A DNA stretch of 64,000 nt from Paraspadella gotoi (GCA_051294375.1 JBJCIZ010000028.1:1839053-1903052), one strand, 5' to 3'; shown: positions 16,014 to 29,500, counted from the first letter of the stretch. Program-made: numbers and translations. The notes: generated by a model not told the origin, from the sequence alone.

Positions 16014-17082
16014 CTGGAGGAAGCAACATGGACGCCGGCGTCAGGGACGGTCGGAGCGAAAGAATCTGAAGATAAACCGGAGGCGCTGTCTCATTTTCGT
16101 CCTTTTTATTTTCTTTCTCATTGTCTTTCTCTTTGTCCTTTTTATTTTCCTTCTCATTGTGTTTTTCTTTGTCCTTCTTTTCCTTTTCTTTCTTCTTCTC
16201 TTTGTCCTTTTCTAGTTTGTCCTGAGCCTTTTCGGCCTTATTTTCCCAGAACGAAAAGAATTAAATTTAGGTTAAGGGTAGGGATTAGAGTTAAAGATGA
16301 TGTTGAGGATACGGATTAGGGTTTAAGATTAAAGATTTTGGGTTAAGGTTAGAGATTAAGGATTAGGTTAGGGTTAAGGTTAGGAGGTTAAGCGATTAGG
16401 ACAGAGTTAGGAATTCGGCTTAAAGATTTAATATAGCATTCAATAATGTATAACTATAAAGGTTAAATTAAATTAAATTAAATTAGGGTTAAATTAAATT
16501 AAATTTAAGTTAAATCTTAAGGTTAAAATTAAATCCTAGGATTGAAGGAACAGAATTGGGGCGCTCTTGGAAAATAGAGCCGAATTGTCAAACATATTCA
16601 TCGTCTTTGTCCTCGTCGTTGAAGACATTTTTTGAGACTTTGTCGTCGTCGTTATTCCTTGTCTCTGGATATTTTTTCTTATTTTCAACATTTTCTTCGT
16701 ATTCTCTGTCGCTTTGGACTATTTTGTCGTCGTCGTCGTCGTCGTCGTTTATATCCTTTTGTTTCGCTTCGTCATTCCCGCCATTTCCGTCTCCTCTCCC
16801 GAATTCCCGAGTCTCGAACAAAATCCTCCCTTCGTTTTCCCCGAGCTCCGCCAGAGGCGCCGTCGTCTTCCTCGTCGTCGCGGCGGGAAAATTCGACAAA
16901 AGAGCATCGAGGTTTTTTTTCTTATCGAGACGATACGGAGATACGGAGAGAGCGGATGAAAGGTCGTTGTCGTTGTTGTTGTTCTTTCTGTTGATGTTGC
17001 TGTTTCTGCTGTAGAGATCGTAATTGATGTAGAAATTGTAAACGTCGAGTCTCTGGTCGGAATTGGAAAATACTGTCGTCAT
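16014..17082 (-). CDS. Unknown low-complexity (N/D/E/K-rich) protein; exons 17082-16594 and ~16236-16014, continuing leftward
   Basis: ATG ORF MTTVFSNSDQRLDVYNFY...DDEY, donor GTTTGA at 16593, in-frame acceptor(s) near 16237, exon AEKAQDKLEK...APPVYLQILSLRPSLTPASMLLPP ending in CAG|GTAAAA. No recognisable domain. Confidence 0.5.
16233..16582. mobile_element. CGG-terminal MITE with internal (GGTTAG)-like repeats
   Basis: TIRs cggccttattttcccagaacg (16233-16253) / cgctcttggaaaatagagccg (16562-16582), 17/21 match. Family members at 34040-34263, ~52309-52715, ~53860-53990 and ~63386-63667. Confidence 0.75.
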
Positions 17083-17702
17083 ATTTCGTTTTAAAAAAGT
17101 TGAGAGGGAATAAAAAAAAGTTTACTTTTGATTGTTTGATTATATTTTGGGTTTTTAAATTAAATCCGTTCGATTTATAATTGTTTAGTTTTTTTATTAT
17201 TAGTTAATTTGTTTCGTTGGTTTGTTCGTTTTTTTACTTTTTGTTTATCTATAAAATTTTTGTATTAAAATTAGTGAACGTTGAATGAAAGAATTTTTTT
17301 TCTCCAAAATAAGTAAATACTCGGGGAAAAGAAATTGACTCTTAAATTAAATTAAATTAATTATCAAAATTAATACTTATCTTTTTGACCTAAAACGAGT
17401 AAAAGAGTCGAAACATGTCCGATATTTACTATTATTGTAAATAAACTTTGCCGTCGCCAAAACAAACAAAATTTCTTGCCCTTAAACCCAAAAATGAAAG
17501 AATAAAAATGGGCAAAAAAAAAAAGGGTAGTACACAGGAGCCCAAAAAATGTAGCTTTTGTACTTTTTTTTATGTCCAACTGAGTTTTTCATGTCTTTTT
17601 CTTTTTTTTCTTTTTTTTCTTTCTTTTTTTTTTCTTTTTTTTTCGTTTTCCTCCAAGGAGAAGAAAAGGACGAATTCTCTTCCTACCAAAAAAAAATTGG
17701 AA

Positions 17703-17993
17703 GACGACGACGACGACGATGACGACGACGAAGACGACAAAAATGACAACGACGATGACAACAACAACGACAACGACGATGAACATGACGACGACGAAGA
17801 CGACGGCGATGATGATGATGACGATGAAGATGACAACGACGACGACGATGAAAACAACAACGACAATGACGACGAAAACTACGACGATGAAGATGACGAC
17901 GACGAAGTAAACGACGACGATGACAATGACAATAACGACGAAGACGACAACGATGACGACGACGACGACGATAACGACGACGACGATAACGAC
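17703..17993. repeat. Degenerate (GAC/GAT/AAC)n trinucleotide tract
   Basis: Reads as poly-Asp/Asn on the + strand. Duplicated at ~31305-31610. Coding status is unsupported. Confidence 0.8.
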
Positions 17994-18170
17994 ATCTCTT
18001 CCACCAAAGACGAAGGAAATCAAAATTCGTTAACGATTCTCTTTTCCCCGAAGAGAGAGAGAGAGAGGAGAGATGATGATACGAGAGAGAGAGAGAGAGA
18101 GGGAGAGAGGGTCTAAGGCTCTTTTTAAAACTAATATAATCTACCATAGTCTCAAGCTTCACCGAGTTGT

Positions 18171-18233
<63 letters not shown>

Positions 18234-21200
18234 GCACTTGTATAGTGTATACGTAAGTTTTTCTAGATCAAATGATCGAGAGATTTTGTGGTAAGGTTAT
18301 TTATTCGTGGGAGACAGAGGGACCTTTGTGGATGGAGAAGAAAGACAGAGAGAGAGGAAGATAGATGGATAGAGAGAGAGAGATGAGAGAGAGGAGAAGA
18401 GAGAAGAGAGAGATGAGAAGGAGAGAGAGAGAGCGGAGAAGGAAAAAAAATATTAGAAAAAAATAAATAAAATCCCCTAGTTTATTTGTGCAAAATAATA
18501 CTATAAAATTATCCATTGTGTATTATTATCCGTAATCAAACCAGACCTACTTCCTTCATTGATATATACATAATATATATATATATATAACTATTATAGA
18601 GAGAGAAAAAAATAAAAAGACAGAATGAAGGAAGAAAGGACAGACAGAAAATAATGAAAGAAAGGAGAGAAAGAAAAGAAAAGATAGGAGGAAAGAAAGA
18701 GATGAAAAGATAAAGAGGAAAGAAGATAGGTAAGAAGAAGGAAAGAAAAAATGAATAGATAAAGAGAAGAGAAGATAGGTGTTACGAAATAACTATCTTT
18801 AATATTTCGAGTAAAATCCAGCTTTCTACCTTTTCCCCGTTGCTCTTGCTCTTATTACTGACATCGAAAATGCTTCCATTCTAGGATCGACACGACATCT
18901 TTAGGCTCTTTCTTTTGTTTATACTTTAAGTACAGAATTTCCGAGGCAGTGTACAGTGATTCTGCATTGGTGCCCGTTGATTTCGAAGATTTCGATTAAG
19001 ATTCTTATCGAATTTCTACCACGTGGCATCTTCAGAAATCTCAAAGTTGTCCACTGGTTTTTAGTTCTTTTCAGAGCATTAGAAACTCTTATTCAGAATA
19101 TCTCGGAATCTTATTTTTTGTTGTGACGCTGGTGTTGGTGGACTTTTCTATGAGAGAAGCATCTCTATTTTTGCATATTATTGGCTTCAGAAACAAGTAA
19201 GAAAAGACACTTTAATTTATTATATTTTGCTGAGTTTGTACTAAATGTTTTTGTTATTCTTTGCCAGGACTTCTAACTCCCTTTTACAGACTTACATCTA
19301 CATTCGTCAAGTCCTGGGCTTCGTAGATCGTCGTCCTTCGGCCTTAGCCGACGTCATCTACGCAGACTTTGTCGTCATCATCTCCAGGGCCGTCTTGACG
19401 GCGCCATCGTCTCATTCTGCGCCTTTTTTACCCGATTCCATCTGGTCTTCAATGCGCAGAATTAGTCCAGTCAGTTAGAATTTCAAAGACGCCCACTTCC
19501 CGAACCTTAGTTTCAATACATTTAGAAGTCATTCGTTTGCGGAACACCTGCTCAAGTGCTTCGTCGAAGGCCTCTCTAATCCTCAACGGAATCTGCGGAG
19601 ACGTTTAGGGAAGAAGATCCACCACGTCGCCTCTAGGTGCGGAATGAATCGACGTTCATCATCGGAGGTCCTTGCAACGCCTTCGGACGGACGCTAAGAT
19701 CCGGCGGCGCCTTCGCGGAACTGCTTTCATTGGATTAGGGATTCCTCGAACAGCGACGACGGCCGTCGAGCGTATTTGGAGACGTTGACGGATTTTTTGC
19801 GTCGCCGCTTCCTTCTCGATATGCAGTGAGATTGAAGTTCGGATTCGATTTCGCTTTTTATTTCTTTCAAACTTTCTCGTCTTCTGGCTTGCACCGACTT
19901 CGTGAAAGCTTTCCTGCGACTTCAAACGCCGCCTTCAGCTGCCATCCAGCGGCGACGAATAGGATCGCGGAGAAATAACAGCGCGCCAAGCAATCAAATT
20001 GCGTCGCAGAAGCTCGAGTGCCGAAAGTCCCTCCAGGGAATCCCCTTTCAGGCGTCTTTTGTGGACTCGCGTAAATTCACGTATTCTCGTCTTGTAAGAC
20101 GAGATTCAGCTCGCTCTAGTGCGGCGAATGAAAACTATCATATCGACAACTTTCACGTGTATACAGCCGGACTTGATACCCTCTCCCAAACTTAGCCATC
20201 GAGATATCGACAACCTTCTTCCACGGCGGAACATGGCACAACTCCGACGCAGCAATCCTATCAGGAATGCAACATCTTCCTACGTAACCTCCTACGTCGA
20301 ACTCGTGTGGTCGAAGGCACAAGCGATTTTCGTACGATCGCGCAGCGCCGCCCCGACGGAGAAAACATCGCGGAAGCCAACGGCGGATAGATTCACTCAA
20401 AGGCAATTTGCTGGGAAGTCAATTTTTTTCCGGGGTTCCACGATTGCCAAGAGGTAGATGAATGACGAGGCATTGGAACTTTTCGGAGCTCCTCGATCGC
20501 CTTCAGAAACATCCTCGGCATTGCCGCCAAGCTCAATTCGCGGGCTAAATTCTATGTCGACACGGCTGTTTCATCGTAGTAATCCTCTCTTGAAAAAGCA
20601 TGCACATCGACATTGGTCTTCTCGTATCCCACACTACCGCGCGCGCCTCGATGCAGAAGGAATCGATTATGAGTTCTTAGCGTCTGTCGAGTCTCAAACC
20701 ATCCCGACGACGACTACGCTGCGTCCATCCCCGACCATTATGCGGATCCCCCTCCACCGACTCGTAACCTAGAAGATGACGTCGAATCAAAGCATAATCA
20801 GATATTGAACCGCCGTTTCGGCGTTGACGGAATGATCAGCGCCACAGAGAGAAATGCCAACTTCACTCATTTCAAACTATCGACTCCGCAGCGGAATTGC
20901 GACTGCACAGCTATCGAGATCTGCCCCCTGCACGCTACGCGGCGAAGGGTATTGAGGGTCAGAGGCTGCGACTGTCGCTTGCACAGGAACGAACGATGAG
21001 AAACAGAGTCTTCAATCAAACATCAATCTTGTCGCAAGAGAATACAAGAAGTGGCTCGATTATTGATGAAGCGTATGATCTCGCGTCCTCACTGGCTCTC
21101 GAATGGTGATGAGGTTTGCCAGGATTCTTGTACAAGATTCGGACTCTTCATGGAGCATCGGGATATATGAGAGAGTTGCGTGAATCGACGGAGATCGACG

Positions 21201-21456
21201 TGTGTACCGCCGCTGCCGCCGAAAAACGCAAGTGAGGCACCGGAGAATGGAATAAAGAAGTGATTTTGCAGGGATGATACCGCGGTTAGTAGAACAGCGT
21301 AGATCTTCTGCGCCTCACGAAGTCGAGAGAGACTGTTTCAACGTCTTACGCCTTCAACGACATCGCGTACCGGCCGAGTGGGGTCGTACTCAATTACACT
21401 CTCCCCCTGCATGAGCCCTCTCTCCAACAGAGATATGTCATCTCCCAAATCCTCCG

Positions 21457-23816
21457 CCCGCGGGGCGCTCTAGGGCCGCCCCATGGGGGCAGGACTATTC
21501 CAGGTGGGAAGGCCAGCAAAAAATGGTCATTGAAGGGGGCGCCCCCTCTGCGATTGCCTACAGGGGGCCGCCCCAGGGGTTCCCCCTGGCGGCCAACATT
21601 TTGCAGGTCTATTAGGGCCGCCCCTAATGCTTTGCCCCCCTGGGCGCACAAAAAAAGTGCGTGATGGCAGCGAAACCCTTTTGGCCGGAGCAAAAACTGC
21701 TCCCCCAGGGGCCAAGTTAAAGAGAGAGCACATAATGTGCGATACTAAAATACTTCTGACTTGTTATTATATCTGAGGAATAATTCTCCCTGTCTGTTAC
21801 TCTCTCTTTCTCTATCCCTTTTTTTTTTCTCTCTCTTCTTTTCTCCCTCTCTCTTTTTCTCATTCTCCTCTTCTTCTTTTTCTCTCTCTCTTTTTTTTTT
21901 CTCTCTACTCTTGTCCAAGACTTGTTTATGTAGACTGAATCACTAAATATACAATTTTTTTCAAAATTATGTTAACTCATTTATTCCATATTTTATCTAA
22001 AATTATAATATTTGTTATTTTTTTAACCCCAATTATTTTATTCCAGTTAAAAAGATATAGAATCGAGAGTTTCACAATGTCATCACTATAGTACTGAGGC
22101 ATGTAGCCAGTAAAAATTTAGTTGGTATATTAAAAGCTAATCAGTCATTAGTCTTTTTTTTTCTTTCTTTTATTTTATTTTTTTTTTTTTTCTTTTTTGT
22201 AGGATGGACATACTGATAGACTGATAGAGAGAGACATTAATTTTTTTAAATAATATTTCATAATTTGGATGTTTAAAACAGAAATTAAATAAATTACCAA
22301 ACAAATTAAATGGGCAGTGATGACAGACCTACTTAGTGAAATTTATTGGCAGTCCCCCCAAATAACAATAAAAAAACTATTCATCAACATTAAACGAGTT
22401 TCTAACATTCGTAAAATAATTTTTTTTTATTTTTAAATTTTTGTAATTATAATCGTCAGTTTGTTAGATTGCTTAAGATGAACTCACGATTTGTTAATGT
22501 AGAGGCTGACGATATGAGAGAGAGAGTGAGAAAAAACTCTTTATATCTAAGCTCCAATCTACATACTTTTCCAACCCACACACAACATTTTATTCCAATT
22601 CCATCTATTTAATCACGAATTAATTGGAGTTTAAGCTAAATATTGGATGGACTTAAAGACTGATATTAATTAATTAATCAATTAAATATTTTTTAATTAA
22701 TTATTTTTTAGTGAATAAAAAATTAAAAACCTTCCTACTATTTATTCTATTATTTAAAATTTCATAGATGAATTAAGATAAAATTTGTTGTCTGTGGGAA
22801 GAAAAAATGTGCAATGAAAGTGAGTTTATAATGGAAAAAAAACAAAAGTCTACTTTACTTGAACATTATTTAAAAAAATTTGCTACTTCTTTTTCTCTTC
22901 TTTTTTTATTTTCTATCGGATAAAATTATTAATTAGCTAATTGTTAGTGATGTTGGACCAAATTAATTAATTAGACCAAATTATCAAGTTCTCTCAAATT
23001 ATTTAAGTTGACCAAATTATCAAGTTGACCAAAACTTTATGACTGTTGACAAATCTATGCAATTGACCAAATTATGCAAGTTGACCAAATTATGCGAGCG
23101 TTGATTGAATTATAAAATTGATTAAATTATAAAAGTTATTACTAAAATATAAATTACCAAATTATTGAAAAGTTTATTAAATTATTTTAAAGTTACCCAA
23201 ATTATGAAAGTTTCTAGCAAATTTGAAGGTTACCAAATTAAAGCAAGTTAACAAATAAAAAAAAAATGACAAAATTATAAAAGATTTAACCAAATTATAA
23301 AAGTTACCCAAAATTTTAAAAGTTGATAAATTATATCAGTTGATCCAATTTAATGTAGCGTTGAACAAATTATTCTTTGACTAAATTATGGCAAGGTACA
23401 AATTATGCAAGTTTGGTATTGGTGCAGCTATTTGTTCATCGATTGCATTAATTGAAGTGAAAAAATATTATTTTTATTTTTATATTCAATTGTAATGAAA
23501 GATGCAAAATAGAAAATAGAAGAGAAAAGAGAGAGAGAGAGAGGGAAGAGAGAAAGGAAGAGAGTAGGAGGGGAAAGAGAGATAGGAGGGAGAGAGAGCC
23601 GTTTCAGGGGCGGGCAGGCAAAAATCTATCCCCCTGGGAGGTAGCCCCAGGGGGAAAGGTTTTTCTAGCCCCAGGGGATTCCCCCTGGACAGTGGCCCCC
23701 TTTGGGGCTCAAAAAAAGAGGCTACAGAGTGCCGCCCCTAGCCGGTAAAGATTGCCTGCCCTCGGGCGGCCGCCCCCGGAGCCACCCGCGGCCGGCCCCC
23801 AGCATCGCCCCCCGGG
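21457..23816. mobile_element. Non-autonomous CCC-terminal DNA transposon with subterminal repeats (CACTA/EnSpm-like)
   Basis: Imperfect TIRs cccgcggggcgct-ctagggccg vs rc cccggggggcgatgctgggggccg. ~250-bp GC-rich ends are packed with CCCCAGGG/CCCCTGG motifs in both orientations, around an AT-rich interior. It interrupts a coding-like region. No clean TSD (cg vs gg). Confidence 0.65.
22954..23415 (+). repeat. ~18-bp tandem repeat TTGACCAAATTATGCAAG
   Basis: Degenerate tandem array. The reverse-complement array at ~40468-40765 lies within a HINE-like element. Confidence 0.8.
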
Positions 23817-25879
23817 GGTAGCGATTCTGAAGGATGACACTCACACGTTGCTCCAACAGCTCGTCAAACCGCTCTTCAAACTCCACTTCCGCCGTATGAT
23901 TTGTACACTTCCCTTGCCATGAATCGCCCATCGCGTCTCAACCAAGTCGGGCGTCAATGCGTCGACGATTCACTGGTGGAACATCATTAGCCGCCGGAAC
24001 CGAACATGCGAAGCGAGGAAGGCGGCGGCAGTGCGAACGGAAAACCGCATGGCGTTCGGCCTGCCCCTGATCCGCCAAAAATCCGCAGTTCGAACAATGG
24101 AGTTTTTGCGCGACGCCAATAGGGAACTTTTAATGAAAGATTGCGTCGTGAGCTTTTATAGAAAGCAGAGACGTCACGCCGACTCTTGCCGGCTTCAAAA
24201 CGTCTCTGTCGCCTCAAGCATCAACCGGCGTCATCCTCTGATGCGGGCGCCGTTCGAGGCAAGCCTTCGTCCGCCTCCGCTGCCAATGGCGACGCGGGTT
24301 TTTTTGGAGATCAAGCTTTCAAACGCGCTCGCCCTACCAAATGCTTCAGCAGCCAGCCCCAAAGATCAAGGTCCGACGAGACTTCGTCGCGTTTAGACTT
24401 TGAGCTGTCAACTTCGCGATTTAACGTTAGCGTCTGCGCGTTGGAGGGCGCTACGGATCAAATGAGTTGGAAGGAGCTCCCCCATTGGTTCGACGGTCTC
24501 CCAGCGATCGATTGACGTTTCTTTACGCAATCGGACGCAACCCGCGAGCTCTTGGCGACGCCCTTACCGTTCTCAAAGAGAAAATGGGGGTTAAGCGGAC
24601 GACGGCGCGACGAGATGCATTGAACAGATCCTCAGCGTCCCTAGGCTCGATCGAAAGGACTCAGCGGTCATTATTTGTCTTCTGGGTCACTTTGCAGCAG
24701 GTGTACGACCTCGCGAAGGAGACGGACCGACTTGCAGGACCTCGACCGAGGGCGGCCGTGATGGCGGATCTGCTCTCCAAACGGCTATGCCTCACCTTTC
24801 AGATAAGTGCGGCGAAAAAGTGGTTATTTTTTAGACAGATCATAATTCTGAACGCGATTCCCTCTTTACGTGATTCTTGTCATTTTTAGCCATAAACAAG
24901 AGGTTCTCGATTTCAGACCGCCGAGCGAAAAAGTGGGAAAGATCCAGCGGCGAACGAGCAAAGCGAAGACGGCGCGCGAAGCGTCTATCGCCGCGGTTCA
25001 GCGGACAATTTATCGAGGAGAAAGAAATCTCAGGGTGGGCCGCCGCAGCCGTTCCTGCAACACGGAGCGCCGGACTTCAAAAGTCGACGTCGTCGTTCAA
25101 CGCCTGGAATGCGAAAACTTCTGTGCCGCTGTCCACTTGCGGGAGACGACCATTATTTGTACCAGCTGTGAAAAAATTCCAGAGATCGAAGCCGCCCCGA
25201 TCGCGCAAAAGGCACTCAGCCCGCGCTTCAACTGCTTGGGAAAGCGGTCATCGGTCGAAAAATTGCCCTTCGAAAGGAGCGCTGCTTTGCGATAAAATCA
25301 TCACCGCTCTCCTTAGACGGGATTGAGCCCCTCGAGAAAGCGGGGATTTCAAAAGTACTCTTCACGCAATTCGACAACGACGCAGCAGCGGGAACGAAAA
25401 AATAAGTTCGACTGCCGCCGCCGGATTAGTCAGATCCGGCGCCGGTGAAGAGGCTACGTGACCTTTTGCTGTTACCGCCGACGGGTGCGCGTTTCCGCCA
25501 AGCCGGCGCCGATTATCTCCTCTTTACCATCATCACGTGTTCATGCTGTTGTATTATTGGATTATGCGGAGATTTTCGCGTTTTGAAAAAAATTTATGCA
25601 CGTATTTACATAAGTAAATGAAAACTGCAGTCTTACGTCTCGTTAAAATATTTTATTCTCGGCTCTGGCTACATCCCTAGGCCTAAAGTGTGAAAAAAAA
25701 TGATAGATTTCTCTCGGTTACTGCCGTTGCTGCCATTCTCGGATATGGAGGACATGTCCCTCTGCCCGCGACGTTCTTTTCGTTCTTGGGTGACCCGACG
25801 CGATTCACCTGCCGCAAGAAAGATTTCTCTCTTTTTTATTCATCTCGTTCATCGCCGCGGAGTCTCGTAATTTAGCCGC

Positions 25880-27610
25880 GGGTAGTCGTGAAAATTCCCT
25901 TTGCAATTGATGACATCCGGACCGTCGACGATCCAATCGGCCAAGGGGTCGTCGCAGCTCCGCGGAAACTCTTTTATCAACCTGGACTTCGTATCGATGT
26001 CGACAACGTGCAAGCTCACCACGTTGAGCTCTCGGCGACATTTTCGACGCCAGATATTTCCGGGCGCCTCAGCGAAGCGTGTCTTCAACGTAGCAGGGTG
26101 GCTTCGCTGTGGACCGGATTTCGGTCGACGATACGATTCAACGGGCCAGGTGACTGGATGCTGTGAAATTTACTTCCACGAGATTTTATCTCTGGATCGC
26201 GGCCACGCCTACAGAGACGACGCCGGAGATGTTCTTCTTTCTGGATGCCTCCGAGGATGCCTGCGGCGTCGTTATGTTAAAAGTTCGCGTCAAGTTTAGT
26301 CTGTTGCAGTAAATTTTTTATCCGCGTCCGTCGCCCTAATCGTCTTACCTTAGTTCAGAGATAAATTTCATGTTTTGAGTCTCGTTATTCTTCTATGTGC
26401 GCATTTTCGCTCATCTGCCAAACGCTATAACTTAGGTAAATTTCTCTGAGTTTCAGTACAATCGTCAGATTTTTCTCGGTGTTTTCAACTATCGACGTCG
26501 AAATTCCATTGGATCATCCTGGGTGGACGGAATTAGAGAAACGTCCGATGATGCGAATCTGCGGCCTCTCTCTCTCTTTTACACGGAAAATGGTGATATG
26601 GAATTTGATTCACATTGATGCGCGCGCGAGCTTGATCTACGTCTTTGCGACGCGATTTGGTGACGACAGTATGTGCCTCAAATCGCGCCGTCTGTGGTCT
26701 CCATGGAAACCCAAGATATCAATCCGGGTCCATCGCCCGAAGCCCTAGTGCGTGAGGTCGGCTCCGTCGCTGTCGCCATGTGTGCTCGTTTACTTTCCGC
26801 CACGACCGAAGTTGATACGTCCTGGGTTGTTTCTCGTGGGAATGCTGGATCGTGAATTGACTGCCTTACAGTGCTCACTAGCCGGTCGTTATGGATATTT
26901 TTTATCCTGTCAACGTGTATCCTGCGGCAAAGAAGCATCCACTCGAGTCTCTCGTCGATATCCAAATACGACGGCGAATTCGCCTCTTTCCGCTAATTCT
27001 CGAATTAATGTCTGCTCCACTCTCTCTTCTCATGTTTATTCGTACCATCCGAAACTACGGATTGAGCTGGAGATTTATTTCGCCTCCTTCGTTGGTTTGT
27101 CTCCTTCGTCGACTGCCGGGGGAAAACACGCTTCATACGCTGTCCTCCGAGGCGAAGCATTCGATCATGAGCAATTCCATCGTTCTCAGGCCTGGCGCCC
27201 CCCACCGAGAGAGATACTTATGTTCCCTACGCCAGACGACGTCAACTATATCCCATTTTCAATAAGATCCAAGTGCGCGCTGAGTCCGTCCTCTGTTTGT
27301 TAGACAAACCGACAGTGAGACGAGACCTCCGTTGGAGCCAGCCCCGGGCGTTTTATCAGAAACGGATTGCCATAGCAACGCAACCTCAGTACTGCGGCGG
27401 CGTCGCTCTCGTGTACAAGGACTTACCGGAACATGAAAAATTCTCCGAATCGCCCGACTCGATTTTTATAAAATACCTCACTCCGTTTCGATCCATTATC
27501 GTTGGGAATAAATTACGAATACCTTCACCTTCAAAAGAACCTTACTCTTTGTGCCATATTTTTCATTTTACATGCGTATGCTATCACACCGAGAAAATTC
27601 TATGAGGGCT
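25880..27610 (+). pseudogene. Coding-like fragments of unknown protein within the large insertion
   Basis: Overlapping GC-rich ORFs of 90-180 aa (e.g. KIPFAIDDIRTVDDPIGQGVVAA, FSTIDVEIPLDHPGWTELEK, YHPKLRIELEIYF) separated by AT-rich intron-like spacers. No family recognised. Confidence 0.3.
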
Positions 27611-28849
27611 ACACTTCCGAGGCCACTCCCCACACCTCCGATAAAAACGTTTTTTACCTCTTATTTGTTAGTTTTCCGTCATGTTTCCTGGATTCGGCAC
27701 AGCAGTAATACGTGTTGATAACTGATATCACATTCAGCCCTAACAATCGCGCTGCTTTCCCTGGGCGCTATACTGAGATTCATCTGTCTGACGGAGCCGA
27801 AATCTTTCCCTATAGGGACTGCCACCATCCAGTGAGAGATGTCTGATTAAATAATTTTCAGATGATGAATTTTTTGTTTATTATTTTTACTGTTTAGACA
27901 ATGTTTCCTTCAGGAAACCCTGTTTTGTTTGGAGTACAATTTTAAGAATCTTATATTTATACAGTGACTCGGCAAGTCAGGGTTTTAAGAAAAACATTAA
28001 TTGTAATTTATATTTATTTTTCGATTTCGAAGTCTGCACCCCCCTCGAATAATTTCTTTGTAGATCTTGACAGATATATAAAAAATGCAAGCGTTTCTCG
28101 ACGATTGAGTGGCGTGTGATTTGCCTGAGTTTTATGTACCGGAGGATTTCAATATGAGTGTTTAAAGTGAAGAAAACAATGACATGATCTTTTGGGCGTA
28201 CCTCTTACATTCCGGTGTAACTATGCCGGAGACTTTTTAGTTCCGGCTGCACTGAGTTGCCCATCAGCGCGCGTTTGTCGGTTTGTATATGCTGTACGTT
28301 CATCTTCCGAGGGTCGGTCTTCAATCACATTCGCGATTTCTGGCAAATTTTTATATTTGGAAAGAATATTTTTATATATTTTTGCCTCATTGCATGAGCG
28401 CGTCTTTTCCAATCAAACGATCCGGTCCGCCCTACATTGATCTACTACCATCCACCGGCGAAACCCGATCCTCTAACCCCGTGGTACGCGTATATTGTCC
28501 GCTTCTTCTTTGTTTTTTTCCTTCCCCCTTTCTCTCAGGTTCAGGTATCCCTTGCTTCTTTGCTGTGTACCGATCATACGGCAAGGTCTCAGAGGTGTGA
28601 CGTCGGACAACGAACTCAAATAATTTTCTCAAAGCACACATGCGGTGGCCTCCACTCACTCATCAAGGTCAAGGTGGTGACAGCCAACGCATTGGGACGT
28701 ACACAAGCTAAGTACGCGGCGCCCTGCTCAAATGATTATGTGCCTCCGCACCTAGCGGCCGCCAGGGACAAAGCTACCTCCATCCCAGCAGCCTCTGAGG
28801 GTCGCATTCAGTTGACTCTGGGCGGCCCAAAACGGCAGAGAAATAGACG

Positions 28850-29500
28850 CCGCCATGGCCGAACGTTTTCGACGAAATGGGCGTTTCGACGCAGCGTCAT
28901 TCCTGACAGAGGCGGCTAATGTCAGCCGGAAGCGCTCTATTGTAGAAAGAAAATCTGAAAGTCATTCCGCCCCTCAATTAGACCTGGATCTCGTCGCGAT
29001 GGACGAGATTTGCAAGGAGCATCAGAGCAATGATTTTTGCTGCTCCCGGTAAAGCGGAGGGAGAGAACCTCAGGTGAGGTAGCGAAGCTCAGGGGCTGTT
29101 CAGTCCAGCAGTGACGCCGCTAGTTGAGCTGGAGCGGTCGAGCACTGTCGGAGCGTGAAGCCGCGCTCAAGCCCTCCCCCCCCAGTTCCGACGTCGGACG
29201 TTATGTTCGACTCCAGAAAGTGAGAAGAGTTTGCGAACGGCCTTTTTGAGGCCGCGACGTCAGGTTGGTTGAAGATCGAGGTCGCCGGAGGACGTCGGTG
29301 TTGATTCGACGGCTTTTGGAGGTCGTCCCCCAGTCCGTCCGAAGGGTAAAGCGGTCCTCCGCCGGGATCGGCGCTTGAAAGGTCGTGCAGACGGGCGCGA
29401 CCGGGAAGTCCGGCAGCCAGTGAGTGAGAGGGGCGGTGCGATTCCATCTGCCCGCTTTGCTTCTCACTGTGTGTCTTTGTGGGCAAGCTTGGTGTTCCGT
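28850..29500 (+). pseudogene. Decayed ORF ending in a possible CCHC-type (gag-like) zinc finger
   Basis: Read across frameshifts as GRCDSIC-RFASH-VCLCGQ (~29430-29490), loosely like the C..C.F.H.C..CG fingers of DIRS/Ngaro ORF1. No RT, RNase H or YR seen downstream. Confidence 0.25.

Larger units (their letters stand above)
19482..25330 (+). pseudogene. Long decayed ORF of unknown protein, split by the 21457-23816 transposon
   Basis: Protein-like frames on both sides of the insertion (..NYTLPLHEPSLQQRYVISQILR | VAILKDDTHTLLQQLVKPLF..). Contains CDC..CPLH..CDC..H (~20895-20985), weak SET-like pieces (IRSSNNGVFA ~24081, DCVVSFY, VASSIN ~24208) and a PHD-like Cys/His cluster (~25045-25170). Confidence 0.45.

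Noticed and set aside
16268-16545. Interstitial telomere (TTAGGG-like)
   Set aside because: The repeats are degenerate and enclosed by TIRs of a dispersed MITE family.
20900-21456. Alternative genetic code or selenocysteine (several in-frame TGA)
   Set aside because: TAG stops and frameshifts occur in the same frame and TGG is used. Decay or sequencing error is sufficient.
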